32,692 nt of DNA from Candidatus Woesearchaeota archaeon. Its GTDB lineage: Archaea > Nanobdellota > Nanobdellia > SCGC-AAA011-G17 > JACPIM01. The translations under genes were made by a program, and so were the position numbers. Shown piece by piece: positions 18,162-27,114 of this stretch. The notes under the pieces were generated by a model. It saw nothing but the letters and a program-made list of their open reading frames with translations, did not search any database and was not told the DNA's origin. Position 1 is the stretch's first letter. Each line of letters begins with the position of its first letter. The DNA is taken from the NCBI GenBank assembly GCA_965603615.1, contig CBFDDQ010000003.1, forward strand, positions 1 to 32,692, in the 5' to 3' direction.

Positions 18162-19568
18162 TCAACCTTTATAAAACTTCCCTACCAACCGAGCAACCTC
18201 TTTACCATCAACTTTCCCTTTATACTTCTTCATTACCTCACCCATCACAGCATTAAAGCTAGTATCTTTATTTTTTTCAACAATTTTCTTAATCTCATTC
18301 TCAATTGAAGAAACTTCAACTTTCTTATACTTTCCTAAATTAACTTTACCTTTAGCCAAATCACCTAAAACCTCAAGAACAGCATCTTTAGAAATTCTTT
18401 GTTCTTGTAAATTTTTAAAAACAAATTCAAAATCTTTCTTACTTAATTTTTTATCAATACAAAACCTTGATTTAAGTTCTTTTGGCATCTCAATCAAAAC
18501 CTTAGCAATAAAACTTTTATCTAATTTATACTTCTCAGCATAGTAATCAAATGGTATATTCAACTTAACAATCTCAGAAGCAAGTTTAGCATTCAACCCA
18601 TACTTCCTCTCAAAATTAGCAGCTCTATCAGTTATCAATTCTGGTATCTCTAATAATTTCAATCTGTTCTTATCAATCCTAATAGGCTCAATATCAGTCT
18701 CAGGATAAAGACGAGCTTTTCCAGGCATAGGTCTCAAATAAGATGTAGTAAAATTACCCTCAACTTTACGTACCTCACTTTCAACCTTATCACCTCTTGA
18801 AAGCTGTCTCTTAACTTCCAAACCAACTACTTTTGGTATACTTCTCAAATCCTGAAAACCTTTTAATTCAACCCTGTTCCCATTTCTAATACTTAAATTA
18901 ATATCCTGTCTTATTGAACCAATACCTCTTTTAACTCTGCCAGTACTTCTAAGAATCATCCCAATAATTCCAGCAGCCTCTTGAGCATGCTCGCCATCTT
19001 TTATATCTGGCTTAGTAGCTATCTCAAGTAAAGGAACACCCAACCTATCAAGTTTATAAATAACTTTATCTTTCTTCTCTCTAATCTTTTTGGCAGCCTC
19101 CTCCTCTAAAAATATGCCGTCAATTCCAACTCTTCCTTTAGAAGTTTCAATATAGCCATCATAGCCAATCAAAGAAGTTCTCTGAAATCCAGAAACATTA
19201 GAACCATCAATTACAGCTTTTCTCATAACTTGAACCTCATCAACTAATTTAGCATTCAGCAAATTACAAACAATCAAAGCAGTATCCAGAGCAAATTCAG
19301 ATATAGAACGCGGAGGCTCTTCATCATATTCAACATTACAGCTGCTTGTCTTGCAAGCCTCATAAATATACATTTTCTTCTTAGCATGTTCATACTCAGC
19401 AGCTACATCTTTTCTCCCTTCCTCACCAGCCACAGCCCTTAATTTTCTTTTAAATCTAAAACTAGCTTCACTAGGATCATTAACCAAGCTAGGACAATCA
19501 CAAAATAATTTTCTTCCTTCAATTTGCTGATGAATTTCCAAACCAGCTTTAAAACCAAGATTTTTCAT
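18162..19568 (-). CDS. gatE: Glu-tRNA(Gln) amidotransferase subunit E (short form)
   Basis: GLEIHQQ, DEEPP, MRKAVIDGSNVSGFQRT, DRLGVPLLEI, RGIGSIRQD, LRPMPGKARLYPETD. Confidence 0.96.
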   Translation of the reverse strand: MKNLGFKAGLEIHQQIEGRKLFCDCPSLVNDPSEASFRFKRKLRAVAGEEGRKDVAAEYEHAKKKMYIYEACKTSSCNVEYDEEPPRSISEFALDTALIVCNLLNAKLVDEVQVMRKAVIDGSNVSGFQRTSLIGYDGYIETSKGRVGIDGIFLEEEAAKKIREKKDKVIYKLDRLGVPLLEIATKPDIKDGEHAQEAAGIIGMILRSTGRVKRGIGSIRQDINLSIRNGNRVELKGFQDLRSIPKVVGLEVKRQLSRGDKVESEVRKVEGNFTTSYLRPMPGKARLYPETDIEPIRIDKNRLKLLEIPELITDRAANFERKYGLNAKLASEIVKLNIPFDYYAEKYKLDKSFIAKVLIEMPKELKSRFCIDKKLSKKDFEFVFKNLQEQRISKDAVLEVLGDLAKGKVNLGKYKKVEVSSIENEIKKIVEKNKDTSFNAVMGEVMKKYKGKVDGKEVARLVGKFYKG

Positions 19569-20861
19569 TTACCACAAATAATGCCCCAAATTTATCCTCT
19601 TATTTATCTCCCCTCTTAAATTAACATTAATCAGCTCTTTTACATTTTTCTTCTCATTAGCAAGTAACCAGCTCAATTTCACAAATGCACTTTCACTTAA
19701 CATATCCTCGCCAGAAACAACACCTAAACTTTGCAAATCCTTTCCCTTGGAATAAACATTCATATTAACTCTGCCAAACAAGCAGCCAGAGCACATAACA
19801 ACTGGCATTTTCTTACAAAGCTTCTCCAAAGCTTTGCGAATCTTCAAATGTTCATCAGTTAAATTATCAATCTTATCCAGAGGCATATGCCCTAACCCAG
19901 TTCCTTCTATAACTAAACCTTTATAATTCTTATAAAACTCTAACTGCTTAGCATCCATATTAACATGTATTTTCAGCAAACCAACCTTCTCTTCAAATTT
20001 ATCTCTTAATTTAAGCTTCCTTCTTTTATCTTTTGTAGCAAAATCACTAACTTTAGTAACCTTTCTGGAAGTAAAATTCACACGAGCATACACATCATCA
20101 TTTACACTCTTAAAAGCATCTCTCCTGGAAGTATGTAATTTTCTGGTCTTGCAGGGATTTAGAATTGCACAATCATTATCATCTGTCTTATCATGCATAC
20201 AAATACCAACACCAACAAAATTACTCTGCCTGATAAACTCAGCAGCACAAATCAGATTCATCCCAGCATCTGAAGAACCTCTATCTGAACTTCTCTGAGC
20301 ACCAACTAATATAACAGGAATATTAATGTTCTCCAAAATAAAACTCAAAGCACAGGCAGCAACTGATAAATTATCAGTACCCATACCAATTATCACACCA
20401 TTCTTTTGCTTAGCTTCTTTAGCAATCTCCTTAGCTATCAAACTAAAATGTTTAAACCTCAAATCATCACTCCACATATTTCTTATTAACCGAGAATCAA
20501 CATTTGCAATCTCACTTAACTCAGGAAACATTTCAATTAAATCTTCAGCTTTAAATGAAGCACTTACAGCTCCAGTTTTATAATCAACTTTTGAAGCAAT
20601 AGTCCCGCCTGTATGCAAAATACTCACATTCTTCAATTCTTTTTTCTTAGAAACTTTCACTCTTTTTTTCATACCTTTTACAAACTTTTTTACAACTAAA
20701 ACTTTTTTTATTTTCTTTTTATCAATTCCAACATTATATCCATTCTCCAATTTTAAGACAATTTTTTCACTATCACTGCCAGGCATAATATTTCCAACAA
20801 ACTCATCACTTGCCGTCGTGATTTTTACCAAATCCCCAGAAGAAAAACTCTTTTTTACCAT
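19569..20861 (-). CDS. gatD: Glu-tRNA(Gln) amidotransferase subunit D
   Basis: LKLENGYNVG N-domain, HTGGTIASKVDY, GTD, GAQRSSDRGSSD, RKLHTSRRDAF. Confidence 0.96.
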   Translation of the reverse strand: MVKKSFSSGDLVKITTASDEFVGNIMPGSDSEKIVLKLENGYNVGIDKKKIKKVLVVKKFVKGMKKRVKVSKKKELKNVSILHTGGTIASKVDYKTGAVSASFKAEDLIEMFPELSEIANVDSRLIRNMWSDDLRFKHFSLIAKEIAKEAKQKNGVIIGMGTDNLSVAACALSFILENINIPVILVGAQRSSDRGSSDAGMNLICAAEFIRQSNFVGVGICMHDKTDDNDCAILNPCKTRKLHTSRRDAFKSVNDDVYARVNFTSRKVTKVSDFATKDKRRKLKLRDKFEEKVGLLKIHVNMDAKQLEFYKNYKGLVIEGTGLGHMPLDKIDNLTDEHLKIRKALEKLCKKMPVVMCSGCLFGRVNMNVYSKGKDLQSLGVVSGEDMLSESAFVKLSWLLANEKKNVKELINVNLRGEINKRINLGHYLW

Positions 20862-21194
20862 AGTTTTAATTAAAACTTAACCAATATAATAATAATTTAT
20901 ATTCTGCAATATATATATTACAGTTAATAAACATTTATATATTAAATTCAATATAAATAAAAATAGAATTAACTAAAATTAAAAAATTAGAGGCACAACA
21001 TTTGATTTTAATTGGTACTTAAAATCAAAATAGCATCTAAGTTTTCGACAACTTATTCTGAAATATCTTAAATTTAAATCATTAATCATTAAATTTATTA
21101 TTTCTAAAATATATATAAACAAAACTACAATATAAAGATTGTTGTTTTGTAGTATATAAATTATATTCAAAAAAAAACGGGGGAGACAAAAAAA

Positions 21195-22271
21195 ATGGAA
21201 GAATTAATACAAAACGCAATGCAAAATTCTCAAAACCAAGAATTTACTAATGTGGGCAAAGCTAATATCTATGTAGTAGGAGCAGGAGGAGCAGGCTCAA
21301 ACATGGTTTCTTGGCTTCATAAAAAAGGTATTACAGGAGCTAAGATCATAGCATGTAATACAGACAAACAACACTTAGACATAACTTCAGCTGATGAAAA
21401 ACTTCTTATCGGAAAAGAATTAACTAATGGTCTAGGTTGTGGAGGTTTTCCAGACAGAGGAGCTGAAGCAGCTAAAGAATCAATGCACGATATTAAAAAT
21501 TCATTAACAAAAGCTGACATGGTATTTATTTGTTCAGGAATGGGAGGAGGAACAGGTACTGGCTCAAGTCCAATTATAGCTAGACTAGCAAAAGAATCTG
21601 GAGCTATAGTTATAGGCACAGTTACAATGCCATTTGATATTGAAAGAGCTAGAGTGGACAAAGCTGAATTTGGTCTGCAGCAATTAAGAGAAGTTTCTGA
21701 CACTGTTATTGTAATTGATAATAATAGGTTAGTGCAAATTGCAGGTAATCTTCCAATACAACAAGCATTTGCAGTAGCAAATGAATTAATTTCAACAATG
21801 ATTAAAGGTATAGTGGAAATTATAGCAATTCCTAGTCTTGTAAATTTAGACTATGCAGATGTTAAAGCAATTATGTCTAACGGAGATGTATCAGTTATTG
21901 GTATAGGAGAATCAGACTCAGAAACAAGAGTAGACGAAGCAGTAAAAAGAGCATTAACAAATCCATTGCTAGATGTAAGTTATGAAGGAGCTGCTGGAGC
22001 ATTAATTCATATATCTGGTGGTGATGACTTAACTCTTGATGAAGTCTCAAAAGCAGGAGATATAGTAACACAATCTCTGGATGCAGATGCAAATGTAATC
22101 TGGGGTGCTCGTATCGACCCATCAATGAATGGAAAGTTAAGGGTAATGACAATTGTTACAGGAGTAAACTCACCATACATACTAGGTAAAACAAAGCACA
22201 AAACAGCTTCAGCTCAAGCATTAGAGATAAGCGAAGAATTGGGGATTGACATGATATCCCCAAAATTTTAA
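21195..22271 (+). CDS. ftsZ: Cell division protein FtsZ
   Basis: VGAGGAGSN, GMGGGTGTG tubulin motif, NLDYADV T7 loop, IWGARID; GGGGAG SD. Confidence 0.97.
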   Translation: MEELIQNAMQNSQNQEFTNVGKANIYVVGAGGAGSNMVSWLHKKGITGAKIIACNTDKQHLDITSADEKLLIGKELTNGLGCGGFPDRGAEAAKESMHDIKNSLTKADMVFICSGMGGGTGTGSSPIIARLAKESGAIVIGTVTMPFDIERARVDKAEFGLQQLREVSDTVIVIDNNRLVQIAGNLPIQQAFAVANELISTMIKGIVEIIAIPSLVNLDYADVKAIMSNGDVSVIGIGESDSETRVDEAVKRALTNPLLDVSYEGAAGALIHISGGDDLTLDEVSKAGDIVTQSLDADANVIWGARIDPSMNGKLRVMTIVTGVNSPYILGKTKHKTASAQALEISEELGIDMISPKF

Positions 22272-22327
22272 TTTATGCTCAAGGGCAAATTAACCCCCCT
22301 TAAATTATATTTGCCCTCACTTAGTCT

Positions 22328-22367
22328 TGCTAGTGCTCTTTCGGGAGCACTGGCATTTATTTTTTTT
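22328..22367 (+). terminator. 12-bp stem with TTCG tetraloop followed by T-tract
   Basis: TGCTAGTGCTCT-TTCG-GGAGCACTGGCA-TTTATTTTTTTT. Confidence 0.65.
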
Positions 22368-22453
22368 ATCCTTTCTAACCAAAATCCCCTCTATTAAATT
22401 CATAAAATAAATTTTGCACAACTTTTATAAATACCTCCTCAATAATTTAATTC

Positions 22454-23035
22454 ATGGCATTCACATCTTTCACAGAAATAATAAACCTAATTATCCTAAC
22501 AGGAGTAATTGGATACATTTTCACAGGTTTCATAAAAAAACCAAGAGATGGTTTTGAATTACATTATAAAAAAGCAGGATTTGACTGGGAAGACTTCAAG
22601 TTCTCAATTTTAATAGCAGCACCAGCTGTAGTCCTCCACGAACTAGCGCACAAATTTGTAGCTATGGCATTTGGACTAACAGCAACATTCAAAATATTTT
22701 GGGGAGGTCTAGGACTAGCTTTTTTCCTAAAACTAATACACTCACCTTTCTTGATCATAGCACCAGGTTATGTACAAATATCATCAAGCTCTTTATACAC
22801 TGGAACAGGAGCAATCATAGCATTTGCAGGACCAGCAGCAAACTTAATTTTATTAATAATAGCACACCTGATTTTAACAAGAGCTAAACACTTAACAAGA
22901 ACACAAGCAGTAGCACTTTATATGACAAAACAAATAAATTTATTACTTTTTATATTTAACATGCTCCCAATACCACCTCTAGATGGATCAAAAGTTTTCT
23001 TTGGTTTGTATAGAACTATCTCCTCTTTCTTTTAG
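22454..23035 (+). CDS. M50 family site-2 intramembrane metalloprotease
   Basis: HELAH, AFAGPAAN, FNMLPIPPLDG. Confidence 0.93.
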   Translation: MAFTSFTEIINLIILTGVIGYIFTGFIKKPRDGFELHYKKAGFDWEDFKFSILIAAPAVVLHELAHKFVAMAFGLTATFKIFWGGLGLAFFLKLIHSPFLIIAPGYVQISSSSLYTGTGAIIAFAGPAANLILLIIAHLILTRAKHLTRTQAVALYMTKQINLLLFIFNMLPIPPLDGSKVFFGLYRTISSFF

Positions 23036-23756
23036 TTTTCTTCTTAATTTTTCTCTTTTTAATTTTCTTTTTTCTTCCTTTCTTCTTAACTTTCTTCTTT
23101 CCCTTCTTTTTAATTTTCTTCTTAATTTTCTTTTTTCTTCCTCTTTTCTTTCCTTTCCTTTTAACTTTCTTAGTTCTTTTTTTCAAAGCTCTCTTCTCAG
23201 CCCTTATTTTTTTCTTCTCGATTTTATCAATTTCTTCTCTCAAATATATCTTGCTGTCTTCAACTTCCCTATATAAAATTTTAATCTCTTTTTTAATCTG
23301 AGCAATTTGTTTTCTAACATCTAATCTTTTCAAAATATTTCCACATTCAGGACATTTAAAATCATACTCCATTGCAGTTGAATATTTGAATGTAACACAC
23401 TTATTAGGGCAGCTAAAATATTCATCAATCTGCCTCTGATTTAATTTAACTTCCAATAATTTGATTCTCTCTCCTTTTATAATAATTAAAAGCTCCAAAG
23501 CTTTCTTCAAATCAAAAGTCCAATAATAAATATACCACCCTTTTCTCTTGTCTTTTTTTCTTATAAACCAGACTAAACCTTTAGAGTGCAGTTTGTACAG
23601 CATATTTCTCACTAAATTTACAGTAGTTTCTAATTTATCAGCAAGTTTAAATTCACTAACATTTTCTTTATTCCATAATAAATCAATTAAAGGAGTAATA
23701 TCCTTGTCAGATAATTTGTCTACAAAATCATAAATTAGCTTGTTTAAAGATATCAT
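23016..23756 (-). CDS. tfe: Transcription initiation factor E (TFE alpha) with Lys-rich C-terminal tail
   Basis: SEFKLA..VRNMLYKL winged helix, KDKRKGWYIYYW, CPNKC...FKCPECG zinc ribbon. Confidence 0.9.
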   Translation of the reverse strand: MISLNKLIYDFVDKLSDKDITPLIDLLWNKENVSEFKLADKLETTVNLVRNMLYKLHSKGLVWFIRKKDKRKGWYIYYWTFDLKKALELLIIIKGERIKLLEVKLNQRQIDEYFSCPNKCVTFKYSTAMEYDFKCPECGNILKRLDVRKQIAQIKKEIKILYREVEDSKIYLREEIDKIEKKKIRAEKRALKKRTKKVKRKGKKRGRKKKIKKKIKKKGKKKVKKKGRKKKIKKRKIKKKTKRKRR

Positions 23757-23854
23757 CTGTTTAAAAACTAAACTCTCTTAATATAAAAACATTTCTTTTT
23801 ACTATTTCCAAATAATAAAAAAGCTTTATTAAACCACAAAAGACTGTTATTCCT

Positions 23855-24295
23855 ATGGGATTATTTTCAAAAAAGAAAAAAGTACCGGAATTTCCAAAAC
23901 TACCTGAAAAACCTTCTTTTCCTGAGTACAGATCACAAGTGCCAACTCCAGAATCTTTCAGAGTAAAAATACCAGAAATAGAACCAGAAGAATTGAATAT
24001 ACCAATGAGAAGGCCAGAAATGCCTCGTCAAAGACCTATTTATCCTCGGGAAATAGCTCCTGCTATTCCATCATCACCAGGTCCACAGCCTTTGTTTGTT
24101 AAAATAGATAAATACAAAGCAGCTATTAGTTCTTTAAATGAAATCAAGCAAAAATTATCAGAAGCAGAAAACACACTAGCAAAACTAAATGCAATTAAGA
24201 TTAGGGAATCAGATGAAATAGCAAGATGGGAATCAGAGATTACAACAATTAAAGACAGATTAATGGCTATAGACAGAAATCTTTTTGAGGTATAA
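23855..24295 (+). CDS. Hypothetical protein, Pro-rich N-terminus and coiled-coil C-terminus
   Basis: 146-aa ORF; composition as stated. Confidence 0.75.
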   Translation: MGLFSKKKKVPEFPKLPEKPSFPEYRSQVPTPESFRVKIPEIEPEELNIPMRRPEMPRQRPIYPREIAPAIPSSPGPQPLFVKIDKYKAAISSLNEIKQKLSEAENTLAKLNAIKIRESDEIARWESEITTIKDRLMAIDRNLFEV

Positions 24296-24297
24296 AT

Positions 24298-24684
24298 ATG
24301 GTAAAAATATCAAGTTCTGTACATGTAAGATTAGAAAATGGTCTTAATCTAAGAAAGGAAATCCTAGAAACAGCTTTAAGAGCATCAGAACTTATGAGAA
24401 GATTCAAAGAATATAAAAAAGAAAACAAAGAAAAAACAATTCTGATTGACAAATTTAAAAAAGAAATTTCAAATATATCTTCTTCACTTCATGATCTTGA
24501 ATTCAAGGAACTGCCAAGAGAAATCACAAAAAAATTATCACTGCCAGAAGAGGAAATAAAACAAAAAATTGCAGAAAAAACAGTTGAAGAAATAGAGCAG
24601 GAATTTGAAGAGCCAATAACAAAAACAGAATTAGAAATAGAACTTGAATCTTTGAAATCTAAAATAGAAAATATTAAGATTTAA
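24298..24684 (+). CDS. Hypothetical coiled-coil protein
   Basis: 128-aa ORF, GAGGT SD inside the upstream gene end. Confidence 0.72.
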   Translation: MVKISSSVHVRLENGLNLRKEILETALRASELMRRFKEYKKENKEKTILIDKFKKEISNISSSLHDLEFKELPREITKKLSLPEEEIKQKIAEKTVEEIEQEFEEPITKTELEIELESLKSKIENIKI

Positions 24685-24718
24685 CAAATCAAAGATTTGA
24701 GAAAAATTCTAATAAAAA

Positions 24719-24943
24719 TTAAAACGAAGCTTTAGGGTCTCCTTCTATATCAAGAGACAATAAATTCCAAGAAAGAGCAAGACCAATTGAAGGAGCATCA
24801 CCAAAATAATCTTCACTTGTTCCATATTGTTTTATTAATTTTTTATCTTCTTTCACAATCTGAACAATTGCTTTTGAAAATGAATATAAATAAGCAGTTT
24901 CTTTATCATGTTGAGGTCTAGTTATGAGAAATTGTTTGACCAT
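24719..24943 (-). pseudogene. Probable internally deleted remnant of a ~200-aa DPANN/CPR protein
   Basis: N-terminal LITRPQHDKETAYL and C-terminal LSWN....GDPKASF resemble the two ends of a longer family (from recall); the middle is absent. Confidence 0.4.
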
Positions 24944-24944
24944 T

Positions 24945-25175
24945 TTAAACAGAGCCTGTCAACACTCTTAACATATTAATCTGTGCATGTATAATTTTTT
25001 TGCCAAAATCATCTTCTTTTTTTACATGATTAATTAATTCTTTTACAGAAACTCTTTTTTTCATACCTAACATTATTTTGGCAGCAGGGTTTATTGTTTT
25101 CAACCTAGCTAAAACCAATCTTTTTTGCTCTTCTTGTATATTTATTTTTCCCAGACTCATTAATACTTTCACCAC
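24945..25175 (-). CDS. Hypothetical protein
   Basis: 76 aa, LVLARL...ELINHVKKEDDFGKKII; AGGTG SD-like site. Confidence 0.7.
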   Translation of the reverse strand: MVKVLMSLGKINIQEEQKRLVLARLKTINPAAKIMLGMKKRVSVKELINHVKKEDDFGKKIIHAQINMLRVLTGSV

Positions 25176-25188
25176 CTAAAAAACAAAA

Positions 25189-25683
25189 TTAAAATTTTAG
25201 TCCCTCAGTTCTAAACATTTCTATAACATCAATACATTCTATATTATAATTTTGACATATAAAAGGTATTCTAACTTTATTTCCTCTTAATTTTTCTTCA
25301 GTTACTACAACTTTTTTAACTGGAAGTAAAGTTTTCTGTTTACTCATTGTTATTTCTATAGCTAAAGCTATAATAAAAGCATCAGCACTATTCTGTCCAT
25401 TAATTTTAACTATAGAAGGATATTTAGCAAGTATCTCTTTAATTATTTTTATTTGGTCCTTTGTTATATCTTTAAAAAAATCTTTTTGTTTCTTTGCCCA
25501 ATTGTAAAGTTTGCTATTTTTCTTTTTTATTTCTTTATAAACTTCTTTATGAGAAATTAGATAACTTTTTCGTATTAACAAATCCAAACCAGACCATACA
25601 CTTGGATAAACATCAATTGGATTATGCCTTTCTAATTCAATTAAAGAAGATGCATCTATAATGTAAAAATTTTTGGGTTTCAT
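25189..25683 (-). CDS. DUF4411-like PIN domain protein
   Basis: YIIDASSLI, VYKEI, ADAFIIALA, VVTEE, IPFIC; coupled to the XRE/ImmA gene. Confidence 0.82.
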   Translation of the reverse strand: MKPKNFYIIDASSLIELERHNPIDVYPSVWSGLDLLIRKSYLISHKEVYKEIKKKNSKLYNWAKKQKDFFKDITKDQIKIIKEILAKYPSIVKINGQNSADAFIIALAIEITMSKQKTLLPVKKVVVTEEKLRGNKVRIPFICQNYNIECIDVIEMFRTEGLKF

Positions 25684-26810
25684 ATTTTTGCCTTACTTAA
25701 AATTTTGTCTAATTTTCCTGATTTAACAGATAAATAACCAAGTGCATCACTATAAGTTATATTTTTTTTATCTAAATTTTCAGCAACTAAAGAAATAAAT
25801 TTATTACCCATTTCTGATAATCTTTTCCTCTCAATAGGTATACTCATTGAAATCTGTTCTTCTATAATAATTTTATATCTATTTAGAACCTCACTAAATT
25901 TATTCCAATTAATAAAGCCAAGTTTAACCATGTTATATAATAGCATAGATTTGCTAACATTATATTTTCTTGATAAAGAATTAAGAGTCTTTCTTTCTGT
26001 TAAAATTGTTTTATTTTTTTCAAATAATTTTTTTGCAATCTCTCTAGGTAATAAAAAATCTGATGAAAATTCATTACACCATTTTTCTACATTGTTTTCA
26101 GATTTAAATTCAGGAATATCTATTCCAGTTTTTCCCAACAAGATATGTCCAAATTCGTGCATTAGAGTAAAGATTCTTGCTTCAATAATATCTTTTGAGT
26201 TTACTATTACTACTGATGGTTCCTCATCAGAAAGAGCAAATCCTCTAGCATCATCTAAAGGCATAGAAATTTGAAATGGAAATACATTGAGTTCTTCTAA
26301 TTTTTGTCTTAAATAATTATAAAATTCATAATAACTTTTAAATTTTAATTGTATACTTTCTGTTAATCCAAAATAATCTCTATATTTCTTTGCCACTTTT
26401 TCGGGAATTTCAGTTAAAGAAAACTTTTTGATTTTACTTTTTATTTCTTCATTCATATAAATTGATAATTCTTTACTTGTTTCTTGTAAACTTCTTGCTT
26501 TTCTTATAGCAAAAATGGTTTTTTTATCAAACAAACCTTCTTTTTTAGGTAACATACGAAAATCTTTTGGTAAAGGTTTCTCTTTTGGTGTTTCTGATAA
26601 AAAAAATGATGCTAAAGGTCTTTTAACAACAGAAGATAATTTTTCTAATTGTTTTAATGTTGGTTTTTTCTTTCCTTTTATCCATTCTTCTATTATATTC
26701 TCTTTTTCACTTATTTTTTTTGAGATTTCTTTATATTCAAATCCAGCACTTTTAATAGCCCACTCTAAAATTTCTGATTTAACTTCAACTAAAATCCTTT
26801 CTTTTGCCAT
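25680..26810 (-). CDS. XRE-HTH fused to ImmA/IrrE (M78) metallopeptidase
   Basis: ILEWA..WIKGKKKPTLKQLEKL HTH, DFR, RIFTLMHEFGHILL, EKWCNEFSSDFLLP. Confidence 0.9.
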   Translation of the reverse strand: MAKERILVEVKSEILEWAIKSAGFEYKEISKKISEKENIIEEWIKGKKKPTLKQLEKLSSVVKRPLASFFLSETPKEKPLPKDFRMLPKKEGLFDKKTIFAIRKARSLQETSKELSIYMNEEIKSKIKKFSLTEIPEKVAKKYRDYFGLTESIQLKFKSYYEFYNYLRQKLEELNVFPFQISMPLDDARGFALSDEEPSVVIVNSKDIIEARIFTLMHEFGHILLGKTGIDIPEFKSENNVEKWCNEFSSDFLLPREIAKKLFEKNKTILTERKTLNSLSRKYNVSKSMLLYNMVKLGFINWNKFSEVLNRYKIIIEEQISMSIPIERKRLSEMGNKFISLVAENLDKKNITYSDALGYLSVKSGKLDKILSKAKI

Positions 26811-26811
26811 T

Positions 26812-26994
26812 TTATCTATTGTTAAATAATCTCCTTTTAATGATTTCTGATACTATTCCTTTTTCTGACAACCAAGATGTAAAGATATTCCTTATAACTT
26901 CTGCTTCAGAATCTCCCATCTCTCCTTTTAGACTTTTTAGAATCTCTTTTTGTTCTTTTGTTAATTTAATGTTTATATTCTCTTCTTTAACCAT
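26812..26994 (-). CDS. CopG/ribbon-helix-helix family DNA-binding protein
   Basis: INIKLTKEQKEIL..MGDSEAEVIRNI; first gene of the module. Confidence 0.7.
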   Translation of the reverse strand: MVKEENINIKLTKEQKEILKSLKGEMGDSEAEVIRNIFTSWLSEKGIVSEIIKRRLFNNR

Positions 26995-27009
26995 TTTGTA
27001 TCTAATTAG

Positions 27010-27023
27010 TATCTATATAGATA
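27010..27023. promoter_or_regulatory. Perfect 14-bp palindrome, putative RHH operator
   Basis: TATCTATATAGATA between the TATA box (~27034-27041, minus strand) and ATG 26994; extra TATCTA half-site at 26999. Confidence 0.45.
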
Positions 27024-27114
27024 ACATCCAGATATATAAAGTTTTCTATCTAATCATCAAACCCAATTCTCCCCCCAATAAATTAATCTTTTAGAATTGT
27101 TACTCACAGAATTG

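Noticed and set aside
20862-21194. AT-rich 333-bp gap as replication origin, or the 63-aa ORF within it
   Set aside because: No cdc6/orc1 neighbour or ORB repeats seen; explained by divergent gatD/ftsZ promoters
22983-23276. Phe/Leu/Ser-rich ORF and apparent tandem repeats
   Set aside because: Antisense shadow of the TFE Lys-rich tail; no repeat-spacer structure, so not CRISPR
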